DNA from: a virus
Lineage: Duplodnaviria > Caudoviricetes
Strand: one strand, 5' to 3'
IMG/VR virus record: IMGVR_UViG_3300030107_003607
Span: 1-53,802 of that record
Length of the DNA: 53,802 nucleotides
Shown here: positions 39,950 to 47,622 of the stretch, in pieces
Numbering within the stretch: position 1 is the stretch's first letter
Layout of the letters: every line of letters starts with the position of its first letter
Notes under the pieces: model-generated
Told to the model about the DNA's origin: nothing
Databases searched by the model: none
Seen by the model: the letters and a program-made list of their open reading frames with translations, nothing else
Position numbers and translations under genes: made by a program

Positions 39950-40423
39950 GTGGTAGATTTGGGTATGCACGGTGGGTTTGCTCATCGTGGTATGTATAAG
40001 ATAGATAATCAATGGATAATGAAAATAACTGATTTGAGAGAGTATGAAATCACTAAGAATCTGCAAGGACATAATAATATAGTATCTATGATGCCAATGT
40101 CTCGTAGGAGTGGTAAATACGCTTCGGTGGTTATGGAGTATTGTTCTAAAGGTAGTCTATCTAAATGTGATATTGTAGAGCTCGGTAAAGAGAGTGTAAT
40201 AGATAATATAACGAGAGGTGTGGGATATATGCTGAGTAAGGGATATATACAGAACGACTTGTGGAGAGAAAGAGGAGAACACCTTAGTAATTTTTTTGTG
40301 AGAAAGAACGGAACTGTTGTATTGGGTGACTTTGGTAATATCAGTAAGGTTACTAACAAAAATCTAATAGAATTAATGAAACAACTGGATAATATAATTA
40401 AACATATCAATATATATTATTGA
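39950..40423 (+). CDS. Short protein-kinase-fold protein
   Basis: IMK, REYEI, VVMEYCSKGSL, QNDL...SNFFV, VLGDFG. Confidence 0.7.
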   Translation: MVDLGMHGGFAHRGMYKIDNQWIMKITDLREYEITKNLQGHNNIVSMMPMSRRSGKYASVVMEYCSKGSLSKCDIVELGKESVIDNITRGVGYMLSKGYIQNDLWRERGEHLSNFFVRKNGTVVLGDFGNISKVTNKNLIELMKQLDNIIKHINIYY

Positions 40424-40424
40424 G

Positions 40425-40576
40425 GGGTGTCAATGGCGGGAGACACCGAAAACGCGTGTGAATACGTGTGTCGCTTAATTTCTTTGACACCATAGGTAAA
40501 ATCTCTAACGAGATTTCACCGAATAGTATTACTTAATGGTATATCATAGAGCTTTCCAATTAGAGGAAATGCTCGG
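40425..40576 (+). ncRNA. Candidate structured intergenic element with three stem-loop units
   Basis: GGTGTCAA 40426-33 / TTGACACC 40484-91; GGT-AAATCTC/GAGATTT-ACC 40495-520; GAGC-TTTCC/GGAAA-GCTC 40549-74. Confidence 0.5.
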
Positions 40577-40590
40577 TTTGGAGATTAGTT

Positions 40591-40779
40591 ATGACAAAAC
40601 GATTCAAAGAGTTATTAGATAAATTAATAAAAAACAATAACGGTGAGCGTGAAGAGTCTAAGATTAGAGCGGAAATCATATCGCTACAATTTGAGGATGA
40701 CTACTTTATGAATAGAGAAAAGAGGAGAGTGAGGGAGACAAATGCCGAAGTGGGTACATCATATGATAAGAGGGCTTAA
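40591..40779 (+). CDS. Hypothetical protein
   Basis: GGAG RBS, 62 aa. Confidence 0.55.
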   Translation: MTKRFKELLDKLIKNNNGEREESKIRAEIISLQFEDDYFMNREKRRVRETNAEVGTSYDKRA

Positions 40780-41173
40780 ACAAATGAGAAGTAATATCGA
40801 TGGTACTTGGATTACTTGGGGAGACTTATTTATCTTACCTAAGTGGTGGAGCATATCTATTTGGTGTGTTGTGATACTCATCTTTCTAATGTTGAGCGGT
40901 TGTAAGGAAGATACTTATATAATGGGGTATAATAAGGATGGTAAGAAATCAACGGAATACTTCCCATTAGTCGATAAAAACAATAGGCTACACAAATTTC
41001 GTAAGGAATATAACATCGGTATATACGATGAGGACATTCTATATTGTGTAACTCATCATAAATGGGTAAGCGTTAAGGGTGTATATAAAGGCCCAATAGT
41101 AGACGAGAATAGCGATAGTTTAAGTTGGACAAAGACATATGAAGTAAGGGAGTTAAAGAATAATCAATGGTAA
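40742..41173 (+). CDS. Putative membrane protein or lipoprotein
   Basis: Hydrophobic helix ending LSGC. Confidence 0.55.
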   Translation: MPKWVHHMIRGLKQMRSNIDGTWITWGDLFILPKWWSISIWCVVILIFLMLSGCKEDTYIMGYNKDGKKSTEYFPLVDKNNRLHKFRKEYNIGIYDEDILYCVTHHKWVSVKGVYKGPIVDENSDSLSWTKTYEVRELKNNQW

Positions 41174-41248
41174 TAGAAATAACATTTTGGCTAGTAGCCG
41201 TTTTGGTTGTATATAGGTTTATAAACGAATTAGAGAGAGATGTATTCA

Positions 41249-41653
41249 ATGGATAAGCCAAAGATATGTGAGGGTGAGTGCGTACCTAAAGGTTGGGGAG
41301 AAGAAATAATAATAGCGAATAACAAAGATTATTGCGGTAAGGTATTAGTATTTAATGATAGCGGTAAGTTTAGTATGCACTACCATATGATAAAGGATGA
41401 GACTTGGTATGTAGAGAAAGGAAGATTTGTGTATAGATGGATAGATACAGATACAGCGGAAGTAATGGAAAACTTATTAAAGCCAGGTGATGTAGTAAGA
41501 CAAAGGCCTGGACAACCTCATCAATTAGAGTGTCTCAATGGTGGTGGTAGAATATTTGAAGTGAGTACAGAACATAAGGATTCAGACTCATATAGGGTAA
41601 TGCCAGGTGACTCACAGAAGAGTAAAGTAACTACAAAGAATCCATTTAAGTAA
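41249..41653 (+). CDS. Cupin, sugar isomerase-like
   Basis: PKGWG.E, SMHYH..KDETW, PH, EVST, DSYR. Confidence 0.8.
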   Translation: MDKPKICEGECVPKGWGEEIIIANNKDYCGKVLVFNDSGKFSMHYHMIKDETWYVEKGRFVYRWIDTDTAEVMENLLKPGDVVRQRPGQPHQLECLNGGGRIFEVSTEHKDSDSYRVMPGDSQKSKVTTKNPFK

Positions 41654-41683
41654 AATAATTTATAGCGCCATATATTTATATGT

Positions 41684-42013
41684 ATGGGCGACAATTGGGA
41701 TAAACTAAACAAAGCTATTATAGCTGATTCAGCTTTACAGAAGTATATAGATACTAAATTTAAGAAGCTGAATAATGTATTAAAGGATCCTGATGGTTAT
41801 AATAGTGGAATAGCCTCCGATAGTAGAGTGTCGAAAGTCGAAGAGAAAGTAGACGAATTAGCCGCTTGGAGCCACCCACCTGTTGATTTCACAAACCGAT
41901 TAGATTCACTACACGACAAAATAGATAGAGTATTAGAGTTGCTCGAGCGGATTACATCCGAGCCATCCACCAATGTATATGGTGATGACGATTGGGCGAC
42001 ACCTTCCGAATAA
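41684..42013 (+). CDS. Hypothetical coiled-coil protein
   Basis: 109 aa; starts 3 nt after TATATTTATA. Confidence 0.6.
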   Translation: MGDNWDKLNKAIIADSALQKYIDTKFKKLNNVLKDPDGYNSGIASDSRVSKVEEKVDELAAWSHPPVDFTNRLDSLHDKIDRVLELLERITSEPSTNVYGDDDWATPSE

Positions 42014-42032
42014 CCCATCTTAACCCACTTTT

Positions 42033-42158
42033 TGACACTACTACCTACTTATTGACATATAACACTATGTCAGGGAGCGCAGAATATATAGCGCGTGTGT
42101 CACCCTGACAGAGTTTTTTTTATAGTAGCTTTGATATATTTGGTATGTCAAAGTGTCA
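42033..42158. repeat. TGACA/TGTCA pentamer cluster 1
   Basis: Copies at 42033, 42053, 42068, 42098, 42106, 42146, 42154. Confidence 0.7.
42068..42121 (+). terminator. Probable intrinsic terminator
   Basis: TGTCAGGG 42068-75 / CCCTGACA 42103-10, inner GCGC/GCGC, followed by a T8 tract. Confidence 0.6.
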
Positions 42159-42172
42159 GAATTGGGGTAATT

Positions 42173-42685
42173 ATGGCTAAAGTAAGCAAAAGTAAGATAG
42201 TTTGGGCGATTAATGAGACTCAGAGTATGCGTCAAGCCTCTAAATTGTTGGGCTTGGCATATAATACTTTTAAGAAGTACGCTAAGTTATATGAAGTTTG
42301 GGCACCATTGGAATCCAATAAAGGTATATCACAGAGTAAAAGCGGTGGTCTTAAACCTGTAGAGTTATTAGATATATTCGCTGGAAAGAATCCAGCGTAC
42401 TCTTCTACTAAGTTATTACACCGCTGTTTCAGAGAGGGATACTTAGCGGAAGAGTGTAGTAACTGTGGTCACGATGAATACCGCCCCTCTGATATGACTA
42501 AACCGCTAATGTTGGACTATTTGGATGATGACCAAACCAACAAAGACCTAGCCAATCTCAGGGTATTGTGTTATAACTGTTATTATCTACTCAAAATGGA
42601 CAGATTAGAGGTGGATGTACCAGCGAATGTCAAATCGTTCCAAAAGGCGATATATACCGCTTTTAATCAGAGTAGCAAATCCTAG
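42173..42685 (+). CDS. HTH plus degenerate HNH zinc-finger protein
   Basis: SMRQASKLLGLAYNTFKKY (HTH); CSNCG...LMLDYLDDDQTNKDLANLRVLCYNCY, an HNH pattern with both His positions as Tyr; start at ATG 42173. Confidence 0.7.
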   Translation: MAKVSKSKIVWAINETQSMRQASKLLGLAYNTFKKYAKLYEVWAPLESNKGISQSKSGGLKPVELLDIFAGKNPAYSSTKLLHRCFREGYLAEECSNCGHDEYRPSDMTKPLMLDYLDDDQTNKDLANLRVLCYNCYYLLKMDRLEVDVPANVKSFQKAIYTAFNQSSKS

Positions 42686-42715
42686 CATATTTTATCTTCG
42701 CTCAGGCCAACCTGA

Positions 42716-42744
42716 AATTTACACATATTTGGTGGTAATGTCAA
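42716..42744 (-). promoter_or_regulatory. Divergent promoter TTGACA-N17-TAAATT
   Basis: Minus strand reads GGCTTGACA TTACCACCAAATATGTG TAAATTT. Confidence 0.55.
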
Positions 42745-42789
42745 GCCATAATATAACAAAAAATAAATTAAAAAAAGTGAAAAAAAGGC

Positions 42790-42819
42790 TTGACTCGTAT
42801 TGCATTTTATGAGTACATT
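42790..42819 (+). promoter_or_regulatory. Repeated promoter TTGACT-N18-TACATT upstream of the non-coding region
   Basis: TTGACT 42790-95, TACATT 42814-19, long upstream A-tracts. Confidence 0.75.
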
Positions 42820-42825
42820 TAGGTG

Positions 42826-43325
42826 TTATTGAGAGAGAAAAAATTTAATGGTGTAATAGACGAAAAGACATCGTAGTGAAAGGGGCTGAAAAGTGCTGGG
42901 TTTCGAAACCGCAACTGAGTAAACTACGGCTTTGAAAGGCCAAAGATAGAGAGCTAATCACTCTCTTAGGTAAGAGGTTGTCTGAGACTGAAACGGAGTG
43001 ATTACCAGAGTAGGTCGTTAGTAGGGCTGGGGGGTTCGAATCCCCCCTCATCGATTCAGAAGTCGGAACTGATACAAATACCGACAAAGATTTAGGTGGT
43101 GTTGAAACGAGGATGAACCGGCGGGCGATAGTCTCAAACAATGTGGATTCCGGCTCCTCACCACCAAAAGCATTTGTTGTCCATAGGTTCGAAAGAGGAG
43201 TAGGCTTATGGTGGGGTGAGTTCCCTTAAAGTGTATATGCTCGTTTCAGACTAATATCGATTAATGTCAGAAACAGACCAACTCAAAGAATTTCAGCGGT
43301 ACGCTTAAAAATAAAAGAGCGCTAA
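42826..43325 (+). ncRNA. Candidate large structured non-coding RNA (about 450-500 nt)
   Basis: Own promoter, no + strand ORF of 60 aa or more, visibly GC-richer, more than 10 helices found by eye, a T-loop hairpin and a long-range 13-bp pairing. Confidence 0.75.
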
Positions 43326-43353
43326 CTATTTATTACTATATAGGAGTAATACA

Positions 43354-43542
43354 ATGCCAAAAGATAAGCTAACAGATTTCGATGTAATAGAGATAATAGA
43401 ACAGGAGATGATCAGTATGTGGGCTACAGGCGAAATACCACATCTGCTCAAAAACGATCCAGAATTTGTCAAAGTGATTACAGAGGGTATATATATGGAA
43501 AAGAGCTTTTGGAAACGACATATGGTTATTGGAGAAGCTTAG
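43354..43542 (+). CDS. Hypothetical protein
   Basis: AGGAG RBS, 62 aa. Confidence 0.65.
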   Translation: MPKDKLTDFDVIEIIEQEMISMWATGEIPHLLKNDPEFVKVITEGIYMEKSFWKRHMVIGEA

Positions 43543-43670
43543 TGACATAATGACATACCTGGTGGCATTAAGTCGTTAATCGCAAAACTATGACATTGTG
43601 ACAGGCGCTCCATACTCATTCTCGTATCGGACCAGGTTTTGAGTTCCTATAGAAATTGACATATTTGTCG
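43543..43670. repeat. TGACA pentamer cluster 2
   Basis: TGACA at 43543, 43551, 43591, 43599, 43657; TGGCA 43563; TGTCG 43666. Confidence 0.7.
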
Positions 43671-43707
43671 TATCATAATGATAAAAAATAAACAGCTAGG
43701 AGTTATA

Positions 43708-44070
43708 ATGAAAAGAATATTAGGAAGTGTAATACACATACTTTTGGTAATAGGTACTTTACTATTGTGTACATCTAAATTAAATGGGAGTGACGAATGG
43801 GGAAGTTTTATGAAACCATTGGAAAAGGTAGAGATGATTCCATATAGATTAGTACCATCAGGAGATGTTCATTGTGCTATATCCATAGAGATAATAGAAC
43901 CTATATCTATGGTTAGTATACCACACAGATACGAAGAAGAAATCGAAGAAGTTATATTAGATAGAATCACATTTGAGGTTACTAATCCATTTGCCGAAAA
44001 TGAGATTTTTTATATAGATGGTAAACCATACTTTCTATTGAGAGTACCATATACAGGTGTAAAGTGGTAG
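43708..44070 (+). CDS. Hypothetical protein with signal or TM segment
   Basis: AGGAG RBS; MKRILGSVIHILLVIGTLLLC. Confidence 0.6.
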   Translation: MKRILGSVIHILLVIGTLLLCTSKLNGSDEWGSFMKPLEKVEMIPYRLVPSGDVHCAISIEIIEPISMVSIPHRYEEEIEEVILDRITFEVTNPFAENEIFYIDGKPYFLLRVPYTGVKW

Positions 44071-44091
44071 TAAAATAATTAAAGAAAAGGC

Positions 44092-44121
44092 TTGACTCGT
44101 ATACATATTCTTTATTATCTT
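44092..44121 (+). promoter_or_regulatory. Repeated promoter TTGACT-N18-TATCTT
   Basis: TTGACT 44092-97, TATCTT 44116-21. Confidence 0.75.
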
Positions 44122-44147
44122 TAGGGGTATTGAGAAAGGAAAAATTA

Positions 44148-44270
44148 ATGAAGTCAATGAGTTTTAAAAATAGAGATGAGATGGTTAAAAAACTTCAATC
44201 TCTACAATCAGAAATGAACGATTGGTTTAAACAGATGGATAAAACCATCGCTAGTCAAAAGGAACAATAA
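44148..44270 (+). CDS. 40-aa peptide (not in ORF track)
   Basis: AAGGA RBS; TAATG coupling to the next gene. Confidence 0.6.
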   Translation: MKSMSFKNRDEMVKKLQSLQSEMNDWFKQMDKTIASQKEQ

Positions 44271-44602
44271 TGAATTTCAAAGAAACGATATATGGTAATA
44301 GTTACTTACTTGGTAAGGATGTTTATGTGAATGGTAAGCATAAAATCCTAAACGTTCAGTTTGCCGATTATCTTAGGGATTTGGGTTTAATAGGACATAC
44401 AGGTCCTGTTCATAATATAGCAGTAGTATGGTCTGAGAAAAATGATGGTGAGCAATATGTTCATCAGATTTACGATCACGATACTGGTGAGATTTACTTT
44501 GATGAACCTACAGATGAGTATACTAATGAGGTAGATGAAATAGTAAGTGCGTTACTTATGTATGGTAATTTAGAACAAACGATTGACTCTGGCATATGTT
44601 AA
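44270..44602 (+). CDS. Hypothetical protein
   Basis: 110-aa acidic ORF. Confidence 0.6.
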   Translation: MNFKETIYGNSYLLGKDVYVNGKHKILNVQFADYLRDLGLIGHTGPVHNIAVVWSEKNDGEQYVHQIYDHDTGEIYFDEPTDEYTNEVDEIVSALLMYGNLEQTIDSGIC

Positions 44603-44610
44603 GTTAAGGC

Positions 44611-44640
44611 TTGACACATATATGTTTTTATGAGTAAGTT
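44611..44640 (+). promoter_or_regulatory. Promoter variant TTGACA-N18-TAAGTT
   Basis: AAGGCTTGACA context and same spacing; overlaps the ORF start at 44630. Confidence 0.5.
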
Positions 44641-44833
44641 CTTTGACTATGGAGATGACGAACCGGCCTATTATCATATAAAGGCTAGGGATATGAGTAT
44701 CTATAAACCTAAAGGTAAAGTTATGACTTTTTGGTTATGGGGTAATTCAGAGTCTCACATTAGAGAAATATTAAGTAAGAAAGATATAAAGGATATTGAA
44801 TGGATAAAGAAAGAGATTCCGCCGTTTGTATAG
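44630..44833 (+). CDS. Hypothetical protein
   Basis: 67 aa; start uncertain (alternative ATG 44693). Confidence 0.5.
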   Translation: MSKFFDYGDDEPAYYHIKARDMSIYKPKGKVMTFWLWGNSESHIREILSKKDIKDIEWIKKEIPPFV

Positions 44834-45342
44834 AGTGTAGTAATACTATATCAGACGAGCGTATTCACTTAGGTTATACAGAATGTTTAGAGTGTAGTAA
44901 AGTAGATAAATATTCTTCTCATACAGTGTACCCACATAAAACAGGTGGATATATACAACCTATCTCTGCAGAACAATCTGATAATATGAAAAGGTTAGAC
45001 CGCCGAAGTGTAGGTAGTGGGCGTAGGGCTAAAGGAATAGTAGCGGATAATAGTTGGGATAGGTGGTTAAAGGATTACTTATCTAAGAAAGACTCACCCA
45101 AAACTAAGCGTAAGACTTATCCGTTACGCACACCATTACCAATATATATCCCTTATAAAGAAGCAATCGATGAGGCGTTAAAAAAGTTTGAGTCACGAGG
45201 TTACGAAGCAGCAGCGGAACTCACACAATCTATGTATTCGAGCGACAAGATTTCGTTAGCACACAAAGCGAAAATTATGAACGAGCTTTCCTCACTAGCC
45301 GTACTCACGACCAAACAGCGTAAGTGGATGAAAAAATTATGA
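44800..45342 (+). CDS. Protein with DksA/TraR-type C4 zinc finger
   Basis: CIECSNTISDERIHLGYTECLECS. Confidence 0.55.
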   Translation: MDKERDSAVCIECSNTISDERIHLGYTECLECSKVDKYSSHTVYPHKTGGYIQPISAEQSDNMKRLDRRSVGSGRRAKGIVADNSWDRWLKDYLSKKDSPKTKRKTYPLRTPLPIYIPYKEAIDEALKKFESRGYEAAAELTQSMYSSDKISLAHKAKIMNELSSLAVLTTKQRKWMKKL

Positions 45343-45599
45343 TGTTTAACAAACTTGGGCACTATATATATAAGAGGATGTGTAAAGACCAAAACAGACT
45401 ATCCAAAAAGAGACCACTAAATATGTATGGTTTATATGTACAACCAAAAGATGTCCAAAGATATATCAATGATTATTATAATTATGGAATAGATTATATG
45501 GGTGACGATAATATGTCATCAGAAGATTTTGTAGAATCAGAAATAAACAAACCAGGCACAGAACGATATTGGGATGAGCCTGATGGAAAGGAGTTATGA
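45324..45599 (+). CDS. Hypothetical protein
   Basis: ORF in operon. Confidence 0.55.
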   Translation: MDEKIMMFNKLGHYIYKRMCKDQNRLSKKRPLNMYGLYVQPKDVQRYINDYYNYGIDYMGDDNMSSEDFVESEINKPGTERYWDEPDGKEL

Positions 45600-45712
45600 G
45601 ACCCAAAATGTTAGATGAAGTTATTAAACGTAGAAATGAGAATATCAAAGTTCTCTTAATAGCCGTAGTGAGCTTTTTAATAGGATTAGTAATGGGAGTT
45701 ATGTCAGTATGA
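45596..45712 (+). CDS. 38-aa membrane peptide (not in ORF track)
   Basis: AAGGAG RBS, ATGA overlaps on both sides, hydrophobic C-terminus. Confidence 0.5.
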   Translation: MRPKMLDEVIKRRNENIKVLLIAVVSFLIGLVMGVMSV

Positions 45713-46665
45713 ATATAGGATACGCTTGTATTAATATGCAATTGTCTTACCCACAAAAGTATGGTGGTGCTGAGAAAGGAGTTAAACCAATCACTACAGG
45801 CCGTAGTATGATTAAACGAACCTTTCAATCTAAAGGTTTGGATTATGCTAGTGAACTAACACTAGCCAATTGTATGGACTTAGATAAGATTGTAGATTGG
45901 AATATACTAAATAACTATAAGTTCTTTCGTATCACATCAGGCCTTGCACCGTGGAAGTCTGAATATGAGTGGGATGATTTGAAAGATATATTTAGGATTA
46001 AAACACATTTACGTTCCGCTGGCATAAAAGCTAAGACTCACAATCTTCGTATCACATCTCATCCAGGTCCATTCAATGTTCTTACCTCACCACACCCACA
46101 CGTTGTAGATAATTGTATTAGTGATTTAACCGACCACGGTAGTGTGTTTGATATGATGGGGTTGAGTAGAACACCTTACAACAAAATTAATATTCATATC
46201 GGTGGTGCTTATGGAGATAAACCAGCTGCTATGGAAAGATTTTGTAAAAACTTTGAAAGACTACCTGAATCAGTTCAGAGTAGATTAACAGTAGAAAATG
46301 ATGATAAAGCATCAATGTATTCAGTAAAGGAGTTATATTATGGAGTGTACAAGCGTATTGGCGTGCCCGTCGTGTTTGACTACCATCACCACAGGTTTTG
46401 TGATGGTGGGCTTAGTGAACAAGAGGCTTTGGAAATGGCTATATCAACTTGGCCGAAAGACATTGTACCAGTTGTCCACTACAGCGAAAGTCGCAGTAAG
46501 GAACGACTTGACGAGTCAATTAGACCTCAAGCCCATTCTGATTATGTCTACGATTATATTGACACTTATGGTAATGATGTTGATATTATGATTGAGGCAA
46601 AACATAAGGAGTTAGCGGTTCTAAAGTATTTAGAACTACACGGCCACTTAGATGGACTATCCTAA
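45709..46665 (+). CDS. uvsE: UV damage endonuclease
   Basis: IGYACIN, FFRITS, HPGPF, INIHIGGAYGDK, VENDD, VFDYHHH, HYSES, AHSDY, IEAKHKE. Confidence 0.95.
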   Translation: MNIGYACINMQLSYPQKYGGAEKGVKPITTGRSMIKRTFQSKGLDYASELTLANCMDLDKIVDWNILNNYKFFRITSGLAPWKSEYEWDDLKDIFRIKTHLRSAGIKAKTHNLRITSHPGPFNVLTSPHPHVVDNCISDLTDHGSVFDMMGLSRTPYNKINIHIGGAYGDKPAAMERFCKNFERLPESVQSRLTVENDDKASMYSVKELYYGVYKRIGVPVVFDYHHHRFCDGGLSEQEALEMAISTWPKDIVPVVHYSESRSKERLDESIRPQAHSDYVYDYIDTYGNDVDIMIEAKHKELAVLKYLELHGHLDGLS

Positions 46666-47506
46666 TCTTAATATGAACGTAGTGCACATCCCAAGATGTG
46701 CTGGAAATTCGTTTAAGATTTATCTTATGAGTTTGTATGGATTGACTCTAACAGAAACCATACACAAAGGTAGTGATGTTGATGAGGGTGTATGGGAAGA
46801 TTTAAAAGACAACCCACATTTAGTAGATGCTAAAATAATAATAGAGGGAGAATTGGGTAAGTTTGCTTATTCGCATAGTTGGGATTCTCAGAAATATGCC
46901 GATAAAATATTATTTGATAATGAAAGTGTTGCTAATACAGATTATAAAGAAAACATATATAGATGGCCTGGTGTAGATTTCGATCTTATATTTGGTCACT
47001 TTGGAATTGACAAATGGAAACATTTAAATAAACGTAATATAGTTTGGTTGAGAGATCCTTTAGAACGGGCTTTATCGGAATGGAGATTTCACATATTGGC
47101 TCAAAGATATTTTTACTTTAGTGATACAGACTACGATTCGCCTGATGAGATAGATGGTATTGGTAGAATGATATTTAAAGAAAAGATGGATGTTAATGAT
47201 GTTATAAATTCTGATGTGATGGTGGATGTATTATCACAATATGCTGGAGATGATTTATCTGTTTTTGATTTTGTTGGCAAAGTAGAAAACTTTGACAATG
47301 ACTTAATAAGATTTCAAGATATGTTTGGTTTGGATAGAACTCATATAGACAAAACAAATAAGTTTAATAGTTTATCAGGTCTAATAGATTCACACTGTAA
47401 CCTTTGTGATGAAAGAACAAATATATTAAAACAATCTGTAGATAAAGAAAGATTTTACAAAACACATAAAAGGGATTATGAATTATATAACTCACTTAAT
47501 AGATAA
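46652..47506 (+). CDS. Sulfotransferase-family protein
   Basis: VHIPRCAGNSF (5'-PSB-like), LRDPLERALSEW (3'-PB), FDFVGKVE, DYELY. Confidence 0.8.
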   Translation: MDYPNLNMNVVHIPRCAGNSFKIYLMSLYGLTLTETIHKGSDVDEGVWEDLKDNPHLVDAKIIIEGELGKFAYSHSWDSQKYADKILFDNESVANTDYKENIYRWPGVDFDLIFGHFGIDKWKHLNKRNIVWLRDPLERALSEWRFHILAQRYFYFSDTDYDSPDEIDGIGRMIFKEKMDVNDVINSDVMVDVLSQYAGDDLSVFDFVGKVENFDNDLIRFQDMFGLDRTHIDKTNKFNSLSGLIDSHCNLCDERTNILKQSVDKERFYKTHKRDYELYNSLNR

Positions 47507-47622
47507 GATAAAAATGTTCTTATTTCTAATATGGTATAAGCGCCATCTAAAAAAGAGAATAGAGAAAAATAATTTTGGTAGAAGAGAAGAATGGTAATAC
47601 TTATATATAAACGGAGAATGTT

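Noticed and set aside
42011-42027. Telomere-like TAACCC repeats
   Set aside because: Only two copies; noted as part of the repeat cluster instead
42985-43056. tRNA gene suggested by GGGGGTTCGAATCCCCC
   Set aside because: No upstream partner for the would-be acceptor strand (CTCATCG), no D or anticodon arms, no CCA; treated as a T-loop hairpin within the larger RNA
42890-43140. Group I intron core (TGCTGG, CCGCAAC, TGAGACT and ATAGTC resemble P/Q/R/S)
   Set aside because: No interrupted host gene, no convincing P3, and the supposed P7 extends to about 13 bp; not excluded, but not supported
42845-43141. 98-aa minus-strand ORF
   Set aside because: No recognisable motif or RBS; probably a by-product of higher GC in the structured region
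42882-43166. tmRNA (GGGGCTGA start, CACCACCA at 43159-66)
   Set aside because: The T-arm is not adjacent to the CCA-like end, the ends do not form the acceptor stem, CACCACC pairs internally, and no tag ORF is evident; a cmscan is still worthwhile
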